Source of the DNA: an uncultured Microthrixaceae bacterium
GTDB taxonomy: Bacteria > Actinomycetota > Acidimicrobiia > Acidimicrobiales > MedAcidi-G1
Assembly: GCA_963999645.1 (NCBI GenBank)
Contig: CAXEUY010000003.1
Location: 1-24,000 of the forward strand
Length of the DNA: 24,000 bases
Direction of reading: 5' to 3'
The position numbers were made by a program, and so were the translations under genes. This document shows positions 11,552 through 20,490 of the stretch, one piece after another. The notes below the pieces were generated by a model. The model was not told the origin of the DNA. It ran no database searches and was given only the letters and a program-made list of their open reading frames with translations. Each line of letters begins with the position of its first letter. Positions within the stretch are counted from its first letter, which is position 1.

Positions 11552-12742
11552 ATGGCTAAGGCCCAGTTCGAAAGAAATAAGCCCCACGTAAATGTGGGAA
11601 CAATGGGACATATCGATCACGGTAAGACAACTCTTACTGCGGCGATAACCAAGGTATTGTCGGATTCAGATCCAGACAATACAGCGTTTACAGCATTTGA
11701 GAATATTGATAATGCACCAGAAGAGCGTGAACGAGGTATTACTATCAACGTTTCACATGTCGAGTATGAAACCGGCAATAGGCACTATGCCCATGTCGAC
11801 ATGCCCGGACACGCTGATTACATCAAAAATATGATCACAGGTGCGGCTCAAGTTGATGGAGCTATTTTGGTAGTTTCAGCAGCAGATGGGCCAATGCCTC
11901 AAACTAGGGAGCACGTTTTGCTTGCCCGACAAGTTGGAGTTCCGAAGATCATTGTTGCATTGAACAAGTGTGACGTCGTAGATGATGAGGAACTTTTGGA
12001 ACTCGTAGAAATGGAAGTTAGGGATCTTTTGAATGAATATGAATTCCCTGGTGACGACACTCCAATAGTTAGAGTTTCTGCACTTAAAGCCTTGGAAGGT
12101 GATGGTGATTCCGCAGCTCAAATTCTTGATTTGATGAGTCAGGTAGACGAATATATTCCACAGCCTGAGCGTGATGTTGATAAGCCATTCCTTATGCCTA
12201 TCGAGGATGTTTTCTCTATCACCGGTCGTGGAACAGTGGTAACAGGCCGTGTAGAACAGGGCAAAGTTAATACTGGCGACACTATTGAAATAGTTGGTAT
12301 CAAAGATACAACTGAAACAACTTGTACCGGTGTTGAGATGTTCAGGAAGCTTCTTGATGAGGGTATAGCTGGAGACAACATCGGCGCTTTGCTTCGTGGA
12401 GTTGATAAAGAAGATGTCCAGAGAGGTCAGGTTTTGGCAGCTCCTGGGTCAATAACACCACATACTCAGTTTGAGGCAGAGGTTTATGTTCTAACTAAAG
12501 AAGAAGGCGGACGTCACAAACCATTCTTCTCTAATTACAGACCTCAGTTTTACTTCAGAACAACTGACGTAACCGGAAGTATTGCTCTACCAGAAGGAAC
12601 TGAAATGTGCATACCAGGTGATAATACAACCATGACTGTTGAATTAATCGCCCCGATTGCCATGGACGAAGGTCTTCGATTTGCTATTCGTGAAGGTGGC
12701 AGGACTGTTGGTGCTGGTGCTGTGACGAAAGTAATTAAGTAG
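11552..12742 (+). CDS. tuf: Elongation factor Tu
   Basis: 396 aa: [64 protein letters not shown] lies upstream. Confidence 0.98.
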   Translation: MAKAQFERNKPHVNVGTMGHIDHGKTTLTAAITKVLSDSDPDNTAFTAFENIDNAPEERERGITINVSHVEYETGNRHYAHVDMPGHADYIKNMITGAAQVDGAILVVSAADGPMPQTREHVLLARQVGVPKIIVALNKCDVVDDEELLELVEMEVRDLLNEYEFPGDDTPIVRVSALKALEGDGDSAAQILDLMSQVDEYIPQPERDVDKPFLMPIEDVFSITGRGTVVTGRVEQGKVNTGDTIEIVGIKDTTETTCTGVEMFRKLLDEGIAGDNIGALLRGVDKEDVQRGQVLAAPGSITPHTQFEAEVYVLTKEEGGRHKPFFSNYRPQFYFRTTDVTGSIALPEGTEMCIPGDNTTMTVELIAPIAMDEGLRFAIREGGRTVGAGAVTKVIK

Positions 12743-12757
12743 TACACGGACAAATCT

Positions 12758-13078
12758 ATGGCAGCTAGTCAGAAAATAAGAATCAGGCTTAAAGCCTACG
12801 ATCATGAGGTTATTGACCAATCAGCAAAAAAAATTGTTGAGACTGTTAAGAGAACTCAGGCAGATCTTCGCGGGCCGGTACCCTTACCTACGGAAAAGCA
12901 CCGTTACACGGTGATTCGTGGTCCATTTAAGGATAAAGATTCACGTGAACATTTTGAGATGAGGATCCATAAGCGACTTCTCGATATTCTTAATCCTTCA
13001 CCTAAGACGGTTGATTCTCTTCAAAGACTAGATTTGCCTGCTGGTATAGATATAGAAATTAAAATCCAACAGACCTAG
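12758..13078 (+). CDS. rpsJ: 30S ribosomal protein uS10 (NusE)
   Basis: 106 aa: [26 protein letters not shown]...[39 protein letters not shown]. It starts 15 nt after the tuf stop. Confidence 0.97.
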   Translation: MAASQKIRIRLKAYDHEVIDQSAKKIVETVKRTQADLRGPVPLPTEKHRYTVIRGPFKDKDSREHFEMRIHKRLLDILNPSPKTVDSLQRLDLPAGIDIEIKIQQT

Positions 13079-14223
13079 TTGTCGTCAGTTATTTCTTCAC
13101 TAGGCATTTCTGCGGTTTTATTTCTATTTAGAGATCCCTCTCTTTCGGTTTTTGTAGATAGTAGTTCTTCCGAAACTTCGTGTCTTTGAGCTACTGACGC
13201 GATTACTGATTGGATAGTTGCGGCAGCAGGGAGAGCTAACAAAGCACCTACGACTCCCAGTATTGCGGATCCGGCAATTACTGAACCAAATGCCACGGCT
13301 GGATGGATTTGCATGGTGTGAGATGTAATGCGGGGAGAGATGAGATAATTCTCTATTTGTTGGTATATAGCGATTGTTACAATAACCCATAACCCATCAA
13401 CGGGTTCTCCTAAAAGTCCTACGATCAATGGCAAAACACCTGCAATATAGGTGCCTACAACAGGCACAAACTGAGAAATAACTCCAACCCATAAAGCAAG
13501 TGCCAGAGAGGAAGGCAGTCCTATTATTTCAAAGACCACCCAATGTATTGCACCTGAAAGTACAGCTAGGACACTTCTCGAAAGTATGTATCCTCCAGTC
13601 TTAGATACTGCAAGGTCCCAAACTTCTAGTATTTGCCCTTGACGTTTAGGAGCTAGAAAAGAACAGACTAGTTTCCTAACTTTTGGGCCCTCAGCTACTA
13701 AATAGAAAGAGAAAAGGGCAACTGTGAAGAGTTGGAACAAAACATTTGCTACGGTGGTGCCGAAGCGTGCAAGATCATCGGCCACGTCTCCTAGCCACTT
13801 AGCTAGAGCTCCTGAGTCGTATTTCGCTTGAAGATCAGAAGTGGCATTTTCAATTCCAAAATTGTCATCAAGAAAATCATCTATGTCAGATAAGTAAGTT
13901 GGAATATTGTTGTTAAATTCGGTGACTTGGTCAGCTAGTAGAGACCCCACTTGAAAACCAAATCCTCCAATTGCAGCAAAACAAACTAGAAAAGTTATTG
14001 CTGTGCCCAACCCTCTTCTTACTCCTAATTTTTCAAGTCTGTTCACTGCAGGTTCTAGAGCGAAAGAGAGAAATAAAGAGACCAAAAGAATAATTAAGAG
14101 AGGTCGTAAAGCAGATACAACACCGCGAAGATACCAAAGTAGGATAAATCCACCTAAAAGAGCTCCTATCGATTTAATTACCCATTTAGGCAGTTTTTCG
14201 TTGGTTTTTACTTGATTTTCCAA
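13075..14223 (-). CDS. AI-2E / PerM (UPF0118, PF01594-like) family inner-membrane permease; substrate unknown
   Basis: 382 aa with a TTG start and multiple hydrophobic spans. The C-terminal half ([37 protein letters not shown]...[49 protein letters not shown]) matches the AI-2E family pattern as I recall it. Its stop codon overlaps the rpsJ stop. Confidence 0.8.
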   Translation of the reverse strand: MENQVKTNEKLPKWVIKSIGALLGGFILLWYLRGVVSALRPLLIILLVSLFLSFALEPAVNRLEKLGVRRGLGTAITFLVCFAAIGGFGFQVGSLLADQVTEFNNNIPTYLSDIDDFLDDNFGIENATSDLQAKYDSGALAKWLGDVADDLARFGTTVANVLFQLFTVALFSFYLVAEGPKVRKLVCSFLAPKRQGQILEVWDLAVSKTGGYILSRSVLAVLSGAIHWVVFEIIGLPSSLALALWVGVISQFVPVVGTYIAGVLPLIVGLLGEPVDGLWVIVTIAIYQQIENYLISPRITSHTMQIHPAVAFGSVIAGSAILGVVGALLALPAAATIQSVIASVAQRHEVSEELLSTKTEREGSLNRNKTAEMPSEEITDDN

Positions 14224-14336
14224 GGATTATGATCCCAGTTGTATTTTTATTGTGGAACTAATAAAAAGGTACTTCCAAAAGAGTCACTGGAATGGGATAT
14301 TTAGCGCAAAGTTATCTTTATTAGAGTGATTTTCGG

Positions 14337-14386
14337 TTGTGCATAGTGATTATGCGCCGTATCGTTATCAGTCGGTGTGTTATAAA
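14337..14386 (+). promoter_or_regulatory. Candidate promoter(s) for the rplC operon (TTGTGC-17 nt-TATCGT and/or extended -10 TGTTATAAA)
   Basis: TTGTGC is at 14337-14342 and TATCGT at 14360-14365, 17 nt apart; the -35-like TTGTG also occurs in the rpsL candidate. TGTTATAAA at 14378-14386 resembles an extended -10. These are hexamer matches only. Confidence 0.25.
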
Positions 14387-14453
14387 TTTGCACCAAAGCT
14401 GACGTCCATTAAGGCCCAAAAATAGTTGGGAACCGAATGGCAAAACCGTAATC

Positions 14454-14486
14454 AGCGCTCCGCCGGGGGTTCCCGAGCGGAGCGTT
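14454..14486 (+). promoter_or_regulatory. GC-rich stem-loop in the rplC 5' leader (possible attenuator, r-protein autoregulatory element, or terminator for read-through from rpsJ)
   Basis: CGCTCCGCCGGG (14456-14467) pairs with CCCG-A-GCGGAGCG (14472-14484), giving 12 bp with one bulged A and a GGTT loop. It is followed by TTTG. It is the only strongly GC-rich hairpin I found in any intergenic region here. The structure is certain; the function is not. Confidence 0.4.
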
Positions 14487-14547
14487 TGCATGGGTTTATA
14501 TAAATGCAAGTTAATGAGAGTTCGTTTAGTGCGCGTAGGAAAGCGAT

Positions 14548-15189
14548 ATGGCTAATAAAGCGATAGTGGGAGAAAAGGTCGGAATGACCCAGGTGTGGGA
14601 TGAAAATAATTCCGTGATCCCTGTAACAGTTTTACGAATTAGGCCGAATCGTGTTGTGCGGATTAAAACTACAGAACGTGATGGTTATAGTGCGCTCCAA
14701 GTCACTTTTGGAGAAAAAGACGATCAGAAATTAACAAGACCAGAAGCTGGGCATTTTGCTTCCAATGGTGTTAATCCGGGAGTGCAGTTAGTGGAGCTTC
14801 GTTTAGATGATGTAGAAGGATATGAAGTGGGTCAAGAATTGACTGTCGAGACTCTCGCAGAGGATTTGAGAGTTGATGTGACTTCAGTCAGTAAAGGTAA
14901 GGGTTTCGCAGGAGCTATGAAGAGACATGGCTTTAAAGGTCAAAGAGCTTCTCATGGCGCTCATAAAGTTCATCGTAAACCTGGAGCGGTGGGTCAATGT
15001 GCAACACCATCAAGAATCTTTAAAGGAAAAAAACTTCCTGGAAGAATGGGAAATCAGAAGACAACGATTCTTAATCTTCAAGTTGTACAAGCAGATGCAG
15101 AAAAAGAACTTTTGTTAATCAAGGGTTCTGTGCCAGGTCCTAATGGTTCAACTGTGTTGATCAGAGATGCTGTAAAGGGAGCAGTTTGA
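14548..15189 (+). CDS. rplC: 50S ribosomal protein uL3
   Basis: 213 aa: GEKVGMTQVWDENNSVIPVTV...KGKGFAGAMKRHGFKGQRASHG. AGGA lies 7 nt upstream of the ATG. Confidence 0.97.
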   Translation: MANKAIVGEKVGMTQVWDENNSVIPVTVLRIRPNRVVRIKTTERDGYSALQVTFGEKDDQKLTRPEAGHFASNGVNPGVQLVELRLDDVEGYEVGQELTVETLAEDLRVDVTSVSKGKGFAGAMKRHGFKGQRASHGAHKVHRKPGAVGQCATPSRIFKGKKLPGRMGNQKTTILNLQVVQADAEKELLLIKGSVPGPNGSTVLIRDAVKGAV

Positions 15190-15842
15190 TGGTTGCAGTA
15201 GATGTTAAAGACTTAACTGGCTCCAAGAAAGGCACAGTAGATTTAGATCCGCAAACTTTTGGACTTGAGCCAAATGTTGCTGTCATGCATCAAGTAGTTA
15301 CTGCTCAACTAGCAGCTAGGCGTAGTGGAACCCAGAGCACAAAGACAAGAGCAGAAGTCCGAGGTGGGGGAGCTAAGCCTTGGCGTCAAAAAGGGACTGG
15401 TCGTGCTCGACACGGTTCAATTCGTTCACCACAATGGCGTGGCGGTGGAGTGGCGTTGGGACCTAAACCACGTGATTACTCACAAAAGACACCTAAAAAG
15501 ATGGTGCGTTTGGCATTAAGGTCAGCTCTATCAGATAGAGCTGCTTCAGAACGTGTGGTCGTAGTAGATGAGTGGAATTTCGAGTTGCCAAAAACAAAAG
15601 AAGCAGTGAATGCTCTTGAGGCATTAGGGGTAGACGGCAGAGTATTGGTGGTTGTCAATCAGAATGATCTAAATACCTGGAGAAGTTTTTCAAATCTGAA
15701 TCAAGTACACGTCATATCACCTAATGAACTAAATGCTTATGATGTTTTAGTAAATGATTGGGTTGTATTTACGAAGAGCACTCTACCTGACGCTGTTTCG
15801 GGTAAAGAATCAGAAAGTAAGGCCGAGAGTGAGCAGTCATGA
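15186..15842 (+). CDS. rplD: 50S ribosomal protein uL4
   Basis: 218 aa: KTRAEVRGGGAKPWRQKGTGRARHGSIRSPQWRGGGVALGPKPRDY. Start is TTG 15186 or, perhaps more likely, ATG 15189 (TGATG overlap with the rplC stop). Confidence 0.96.
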   Translation: MMVAVDVKDLTGSKKGTVDLDPQTFGLEPNVAVMHQVVTAQLAARRSGTQSTKTRAEVRGGGAKPWRQKGTGRARHGSIRSPQWRGGGVALGPKPRDYSQKTPKKMVRLALRSALSDRAASERVVVVDEWNFELPKTKEAVNALEALGVDGRVLVVVNQNDLNTWRSFSNLNQVHVISPNELNAYDVLVNDWVVFTKSTLPDAVSGKESESKAESEQS

Positions 15843-16129
15843 AAGATCTTAGAGACGTGATAATTAGACCGATTGTTTCGGAGAAATCTTTTACCCTTTT
15901 GGAACAGAATGTTTTTGCTTTTGAAGTTCATAAATCTGCTTCAAAACCTGAAATTAGAGATGCTGTGGAAACAATTTTTGATGTGAGTGTTTTGAAGGTA
16001 AATACTTTGAATCGTAAGGGAAAATTAAAGAGAAATCGTCGCAAACCAACTATGACCAAACGACCTGATGTGAAAAGGGCTTATGTGACCCTCGCTGAAG
16101 GTGACTCGATCGAATTGTTTGAGGTCTGA
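15839..16129 (+). CDS. rplW: 50S ribosomal protein uL23
   Basis: 96 aa: [37 protein letters not shown]...[14 protein letters not shown] overlap with the rplD stop. Confidence 0.95.
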   Translation: MKDLRDVIIRPIVSEKSFTLLEQNVFAFEVHKSASKPEIRDAVETIFDVSVLKVNTLNRKGKLKRNRRKPTMTKRPDVKRAYVTLAEGDSIELFEV

Positions 16130-16131
16130 TT

Positions 16132-16965
16132 ATGCCCCAAAGACAACGCAAACCAACGAGTCCAGGAAGACGATTCCAAACTGTTGCAGATTTTTCTGAG
16201 ATAACTAAAACTTCTCCTGAAAGAACTTTAGTTGAGAAAAAAGTTTCTACAGGTGGTCGTAATAACTACGGGCGTAAGACGGCACGACATCGCGGAGGTG
16301 GGCACAAACAAAAGTACAGGATCATTGATTTTCGTCGTAATAAAGACGGTGTTCCTGCGACTGTAGCTGCAATTGAGTACGACCCAAATAGAAGTTGCCG
16401 AATACTGTTACTCCACTATCACGATGGTGAAAAACGTTACATTTTGGCACCTCGAGGTGTTGAGGTAGGTGACGTCCTCAGATCAGGTCAAGGCAGCGAA
16501 ATAAGGCCTGGGAACTCCTTGCCACTTCGATATATACCTGTGGGAACGGTTATCCACAATGTTGAATTACATCCTGAAGGTGGGGGCCAATTGGCTCGAA
16601 GTGCTGGTTCTAGTATTCAACTAGTGGCGAAAGAGGGAGATTTCGCTACTTTACGTTTGCCAAGCAGTGAGATGCGAAGAGTCAGAATTGACTGTCGTGC
16701 AACTGTAGGAGAAGTTGGTAATCAAGAGCATGAACTTATAAGTATTGGTAAAGCTGGACGTAATAGATGGAAAGGTGTAAGACCTCAATCACGTGGAGTA
16801 GCTATGAATCCAGTAGACCACCCCTTAGGTGGTGGGGAAGGAAAATCTTCTGGTGGTCGCCACCCAGTTTCGCCTTGGGGTAAACCTGAAGGTCGAACTC
16901 GGAAAAAAGGCAAGCATTCCGACAAGATGATTGTCAGACGTCGCCGCGGAAGAGGACGGAGGTAG
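16132..16965 (+). CDS. rplB: 50S ribosomal protein uL2
   Basis: 277 aa: [26 protein letters not shown]...[26 protein letters not shown]. Confidence 0.98.
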   Translation: MPQRQRKPTSPGRRFQTVADFSEITKTSPERTLVEKKVSTGGRNNYGRKTARHRGGGHKQKYRIIDFRRNKDGVPATVAAIEYDPNRSCRILLLHYHDGEKRYILAPRGVEVGDVLRSGQGSEIRPGNSLPLRYIPVGTVIHNVELHPEGGGQLARSAGSSIQLVAKEGDFATLRLPSSEMRRVRIDCRATVGEVGNQEHELISIGKAGRNRWKGVRPQSRGVAMNPVDHPLGGGEGKSSGGRHPVSPWGKPEGRTRKKGKHSDKMIVRRRRGRGRR

Positions 16966-16971
16966 AAAGTC

Positions 16972-17247
16972 ATGCCACGCAGTTTGAAAAAAGGTCCTTT
17001 TGTTGATGATCACCTTTTGAAAAAGGTAGATGACATGAATGGTTCTGGCGATAAGAAGGTGATCAGAACATGGTCTCGTCGTTCAACGATTGTGCCTGAC
17101 ATGTTGGGCCACACTATTGCGGTTCATGATGGTAGAAAGCACGTTCCTGTGTTCATAACTGAGTCAATGGTTGGACACAAATTAGGAGAGTTTGCACCTA
17201 CTAGGACTTTCCGTTCCCATAGTGGGCAAGAGAGAGGTACAAGCTGA
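16972..17247 (+). CDS. rpsS: 30S ribosomal protein uS19
   Basis: 91 aa: [19 protein letters not shown]...[35 protein letters not shown]. Confidence 0.98.
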   Translation: MPRSLKKGPFVDDHLLKKVDDMNGSGDKKVIRTWSRRSTIVPDMLGHTIAVHDGRKHVPVFITESMVGHKLGEFAPTRTFRSHSGQERGTS

Positions 17248-17915
17248 TGGCTTCTGTAGGTGCTTCTTTATCTAGAAATGTTGATCGTGAAAGCACGAAG
17301 TCAGTCGTTCGTTATGTTCGTGTTTCTGCTCATAAAGCTCGGCCTGTATTAAATCAGATTCGAAATTTGTCTGTTGCAAGAGCTGAAGAGATTTTGGCTT
17401 TCAGTGAAAGGTCTGTTTCAGAGGTGATTTCTAATTGTTTAAATTCAGCGATTGCTAATGCTGGAAACAACAACGGAATTCCCAGGGAAGAACTTTTTGT
17501 TTCGGAGTGTTTTGCTGATGAGGGGCCAACCTTAAAAAGATTTAGACCTAGGGCACGTGGACGTGCAACTTCAATTTTTAAAAGAACTTGTCATTTGACT
17601 GTAGTTGTTTCGCGTTACACCGAAGAGGAAATAGAAAGTTTACAAGCGCATGCCGAATTAAAAGGTCATAGAAATAATTTTGAAGCAGGCGAAGAGCTGG
17701 TAGAAGAAGATCAATCTAAAGAAGCAAAATCTAAAAAGAAGAAGTCAAGATCTTCAAAAGAAGAGGTCCTTGAAGAAGAAGTGCTTGAAGAAGAGGCTGA
17801 AGAGGCTATTGAAGAAGAAGTGCTTGAAGAAGAGGCTGTTGAAGAAGAAGAGGTCCCTGAAGAAGAAGTGCTTGAAGAACAAAATGAAGAACAAAATGAA
17901 AAAGAGGCAAACTAA
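17247..17915 (+). CDS. rplV: 50S ribosomal protein uL22 with a ~100-aa Lys-then-Glu-rich C-terminal extension
   Basis: 222 aa. The core is [32 protein letters not shown] (to about aa 122). The tail is [70 protein letters not shown] overlap with rpsS. Confidence 0.95.
   Translation: MASVGASLSRNVDRESTKSVVRYVRVSAHKARPVLNQIRNLSVARAEEILAFSERSVSEVISNCLNSAIANAGNNNGIPREELFVSECFADEGPTLKRFRPRARGRATSIFKRTCHLTVVVSRYTEEEIESLQAHAELKGHRNNFEAGEELVEEDQSKEAKSKKKKSRSSKEEVLEEEVLEEEAEEAIEEEVLEEEAVEEEEVPEEEVLEEQNEEQNEKEAN
17772..17899 (+). repeat. Imperfect in-frame tandem repeats inside the rplV tail
   Basis: gaagaagaagtgcttgaagaagaggctg occurs at 17772 and 17811, with a truncated copy at 17859 (periods 39 and 48 nt). 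A 12-nt gaacaaaatgaa duplication follows at about 17876-17899. Confidence 0.8.
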
Positions 17916-18847
17916 TGGGTCAAAAAGTTAATCCATACGGATTTAGACTTGGAGTGACAACTGATTGGAAATCGCGTTGGTTTGCAACACGTCAGGAATA
18001 TGCAGACAATCTTCTAGAAGATTGGAAAATCAGAGATTTTCTAATGACAGAGTTGCCTCATGCAGCGATCAGTCGAGTTGAAGTTGAACGAACTCGTGAC
18101 CGACTAAGGGTTGATGTACACACCGCTAGGCCCGGAATAGTGATTGGTAGAAAAGGAGCGGAGGCTGATCGATTAAGGAAAGGTTTAGGGAAGATTTCAG
18201 GAAATCTTCAAGTTCAGTTAAACATTCAAGAAATTAAAGAACCAGAATTAGATGCCGCCTTAATTGCTCAGGGAGTTGCCGATCAACTTACAGGCAGAGT
18301 TGCTTTTCGACGCGCGATGAAAAGGGCTGTTCAAAATGCACAAAAAGCTGGAGCTTTAGGAATAAGAGTCCAGTGTTCAGGTCGTTTGGGTGGAGCTGAA
18401 ATGTCAAGAACAGAATGGTACCGAGAGGGTAGAGTGCCACTTCACACCTTAAGAGCTGATATTGATTACGGATTTCGCGAAGCTGATACTACTTATGGAA
18501 TCCTTGGCGTGAAAGTTTGGATTTATAAAGGAGACATTTTGCCTTATAAATCTCGACTAGAAGAAAAAATAACCCGTGAAGCGGCTATGGCTGCAGGGGA
18601 GACATCGGGTCAGAGCAAGTCTCGCGGAGTGATTTCTTCCGCTGCAGGAAGAAAAAGGTCAGCTGATTCTGTGGTTGAGGTCGACATCTCAGAAGTCGGT
18701 GAAGAGGAAGAAACAGAGGAAATAGCACCTCTTGTTAAAGAGGGTGATGCTGAGTTTGAGCGTTTATTAGCTGAAGAAGAAGCAATAGAGGCTTCAACTA
18801 GAGAACATCATGAGACACCTCATTTTCGTTCTGGGGATGGTGATTAA
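17915..18847 (+). CDS. rpsC: 30S ribosomal protein uS3 with a long acidic C-terminal extension
   Basis: 310 aa: [26 protein letters not shown]-like [16 protein letters not shown], and core to ...[12 protein letters not shown] (about aa 212). About 98 further residues follow, rich in E/A/S. TAATG overlap with rplV. Confidence 0.96.
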   Translation: MGQKVNPYGFRLGVTTDWKSRWFATRQEYADNLLEDWKIRDFLMTELPHAAISRVEVERTRDRLRVDVHTARPGIVIGRKGAEADRLRKGLGKISGNLQVQLNIQEIKEPELDAALIAQGVADQLTGRVAFRRAMKRAVQNAQKAGALGIRVQCSGRLGGAEMSRTEWYREGRVPLHTLRADIDYGFREADTTYGILGVKVWIYKGDILPYKSRLEEKITREAAMAAGETSGQSKSRGVISSAAGRKRSADSVVEVDISEVGEEEETEEIAPLVKEGDAEFERLLAEEEAIEASTREHHETPHFRSGDGD

Positions 18848-18849
18848 AA

Positions 18850-19266
18850 ATGCTTATGCCAAAAAAAGTTCGTCATCGTAAACACCAGCGCGGGAGAAGT
18901 CGAGGAATGTCTAAAGGACATACTTGGGTCAATTTTGGCGAATATGGGCTACAAGCTCTAGAACCTGGGTGGATAACGTCAAGACAAATAGAGGCAGCTC
19001 GAATTGCTATGACACGACATATTAAGCGCGGTGGAAAAGTTTGGATCAATGTTTTCCCAGATAAACCTGTTACCGAAAAGCCTGCTGAAACAAGGATGGG
19101 TTCAGGTAAAGGAAATCCTGAGAAATGGGTTGCTGTAGTTCGCCCTGGGCGCATTCTTTTTGAATTGTCTTATAGTGATACTCAAATTGCACGTGAAGCA
19201 ATTGAAAGAGCTATACAAAAACTTCCTATAAAGGCTCGTTTTGTTCAACGAGAGGAGGGTTTTTAA
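18850..19266 (+). CDS. rplP: 50S ribosomal protein uL16
   Basis: 138 aa: [19 protein letters not shown]...[27 protein letters not shown]. Confidence 0.98.
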   Translation: MLMPKKVRHRKHQRGRSRGMSKGHTWVNFGEYGLQALEPGWITSRQIEAARIAMTRHIKRGGKVWINVFPDKPVTEKPAETRMGSGKGNPEKWVAVVRPGRILFELSYSDTQIAREAIERAIQKLPIKARFVQREEGF

Positions 19267-19506
19267 ATGGCTAAGAAAACCTTGAGAGATCTTGCTGACA
19301 CCGATTTGTTAGAGCGTTTTAATGAAACAAAAGAAGAATTGTTTAATCTTAGGTTTCAACTCGCAACTGGACAACTAGAGAATCATGCACGCGTAAGCCA
19401 AGTGAAGCGCGAAGTTGCAAGAGTTTTAACTGAACTTAGAGAGAGAGAAATTTCCGCTGCTGAAGATTTTTCTTTAAATCAAGACGAGGAGCTTTCTGAT
19501 GAGTGA
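19267..19506 (+). CDS. rpmC: 50S ribosomal protein uL29
   Basis: 79 aa: [56 protein letters not shown], plus an acidic tail [18 protein letters not shown]. The ATG abuts the rplP stop. Confidence 0.95.
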   Translation: MAKKTLRDLADTDLLERFNETKEELFNLRFQLATGQLENHARVSQVKREVARVLTELREREISAAEDFSLNQDEELSDE

Positions 19507-19807
19507 TGAACAAGTAACCAATGAACAAGCAACCAATGAACAAGTAGTTTCGACGCGACCAAATAGACGTAAAGTACGCGAAGGTTTGGTTGTTTCTGTA
19601 GCTCAAGAAAAAACTGCTGTTGTTGAAACAGTTGACAGAGTTCGTCATCGCAGATATGGGAAAACAGTTCAGCGCACCAAAAAGCTCCAAACACATGATG
19701 AAGAGAATCAGTTAAATATTGGAGACCGCGTAAGAATTCAAGAAACCAGACCCCTATCAAAGACAAAGCGCTGGAGGCTCGTCGAAATCTTAGAGAGGGC
19801 CAAGTAA
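19499..19807 (+). CDS. rpsQ: 30S ribosomal protein uS17
   Basis: 102 aa: [45 protein letters not shown]...[24 protein letters not shown]. The ATG overlaps the rpmC end by 8 nt (ATGAGTGA). The N-terminal ~20 aa are an acidic repeat. Confidence 0.93.
   Translation: MSDEQVTNEQATNEQVVSTRPNRRKVREGLVVSVAQEKTAVVETVDRVRHRRYGKTVQRTKKLQTHDEENQLNIGDRVRIQETRPLSKTKRWRLVEILERAK
19508..19547 (+). repeat. 15-nt in-frame tandem repeat (about 2.7 copies) encoding [13 protein letters not shown] at the uS17 N-terminus
   Basis: The copies are gaacaagtaaccaat (19508-19522), gaacaagcaaccaat (19523-19537) and gaacaagtag (19538-19547). Confidence 0.9.
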
Positions 19808-20175
19808 TGATACAACAGGAAACTCGACTGAGGGTTGCTGATAATTCGGGAGCACGCGAGGTTTTGTGCATAAAGGTCCTAGGTGGAACTAGGCGTAGGT
19901 ATGCCTCTGTTGGAGATGTTTTTACAGCAACTGTTAAAGATGCAAATCCCGGTGCTGCAGTTAAGAAAGGTGAAGTTGTTAAGTGCGTGGTTGTACGAAC
20001 TTCAAAGGAATGTCGACGTTCAGATGGTTCATACATACGTTTTGATGAAAATGCCGCGGTTCTAATAGATGATCAAAATCAGCCAAGAGGAACACGTATT
20101 TTTGGTCCGGTAGGTAGGGAATTAAGAGAGAAAAAATTCATGAGAATAGTTTCTTTAGCTCCGGAGGTGATTTAA
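19807..20175 (+). CDS. rplN: 50S ribosomal protein uL14
   Basis: 122 aa: [27 protein letters not shown]...[31 protein letters not shown] overlap with rpsQ. Confidence 0.98.
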   Translation: MIQQETRLRVADNSGAREVLCIKVLGGTRRRYASVGDVFTATVKDANPGAAVKKGEVVKCVVVRTSKECRRSDGSYIRFDENAAVLIDDQNQPRGTRIFGPVGRELREKKFMRIVSLAPEVI

Positions 20176-20490
20176 GTGCGAATAAAAAAAGGTGATCAAG
20201 TAAGAGTTTTAGCTGGTAAAGACAAAGGTCGCGAAGGTGAAATTAGTCGTGTGATACCTCAACGCAATGCAGTCATCATTGAGGGAGTAAATGAGGTCAA
20301 AAGACATCAAAAAGCTACATCTGAAACGATGCAGGGTGGGATCATTGACAAGACTATGCCTATAGATGTTTCAAATGTGGCGATTTTAAGTCCATCTGAT
20401 GGAAAACCGACCCGAGTTGGTTATCGATTTAGTGATTCAGGTGAAAAAATAAGAGTTTGTAAACGAACGGGAGTTGATCTAGATGGTTGA
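20176..20490 (+). CDS. rplX: 50S ribosomal protein uL24
   Basis: 104 aa with a GTG start abutting the rplN stop. KOW motif [24 protein letters not shown]. Confidence 0.96.
   Translation: MRIKKGDQVRVLAGKDKGREGEISRVIPQRNAVIIEGVNEVKRHQKATSETMQGGIIDKTMPIDVSNVAILSPSDGKPTRVGYRFSDSGEKIRVCKRTGVDLDG

Noticed and set aside
14224-14300. Leaderless-mRNA promoter for the permease (CATAAT 2 nt upstream of the TTG start on the minus strand)
   Set aside because: It is a single weak hexamer. A TTG start is atypical for leaderless translation, and no supporting -35 lies at a proper spacing.
13075-14320. The permease as cargo of a mobile element or genomic islet
   Set aside because: There are no flanking inverted or direct repeats and no transposase, integrase or tRNA target. 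By eye there is no compositional shift relative to the neighbours. It looks like a resident gene in an unusual position.
14460-14485. GGTTCCCGAGC resembling a tRNA T-arm, raising the possibility of a tRNA or tmRNA in the intergenic region
   Set aside because: The loop is 4 nt, not the 7-nt TPsiC loop. No acceptor stem, D-arm or anticodon arm can be built on either strand.
14321-14509. 62-aa minus-strand ORF in the permease/rplC intergenic region; also tiny plus-strand ORFs (10 aa at 14292-14324, 16 aa at 14352-14402)
   Set aside because: They have no SD and no recognisable protein features, and the 62-aa ORF simply spans the hairpin region. I cannot support them as genes. Only the 4-codon ORF next to the hairpin is mentioned, as a speculative note.
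19479-20036. 185-aa minus-strand ORF (and the 86-aa ORF 19436-19696) antisense to rpmC/rpsQ/rplN
   Set aside because: It lies entirely opposite strongly conserved ribosomal protein genes. Its sequence is low-complexity (a mirror of the sense-strand repeats, e.g. [14 protein letters not shown]). It has no SD and no recognisable domain, so it is a typical antisense shadow ORF.
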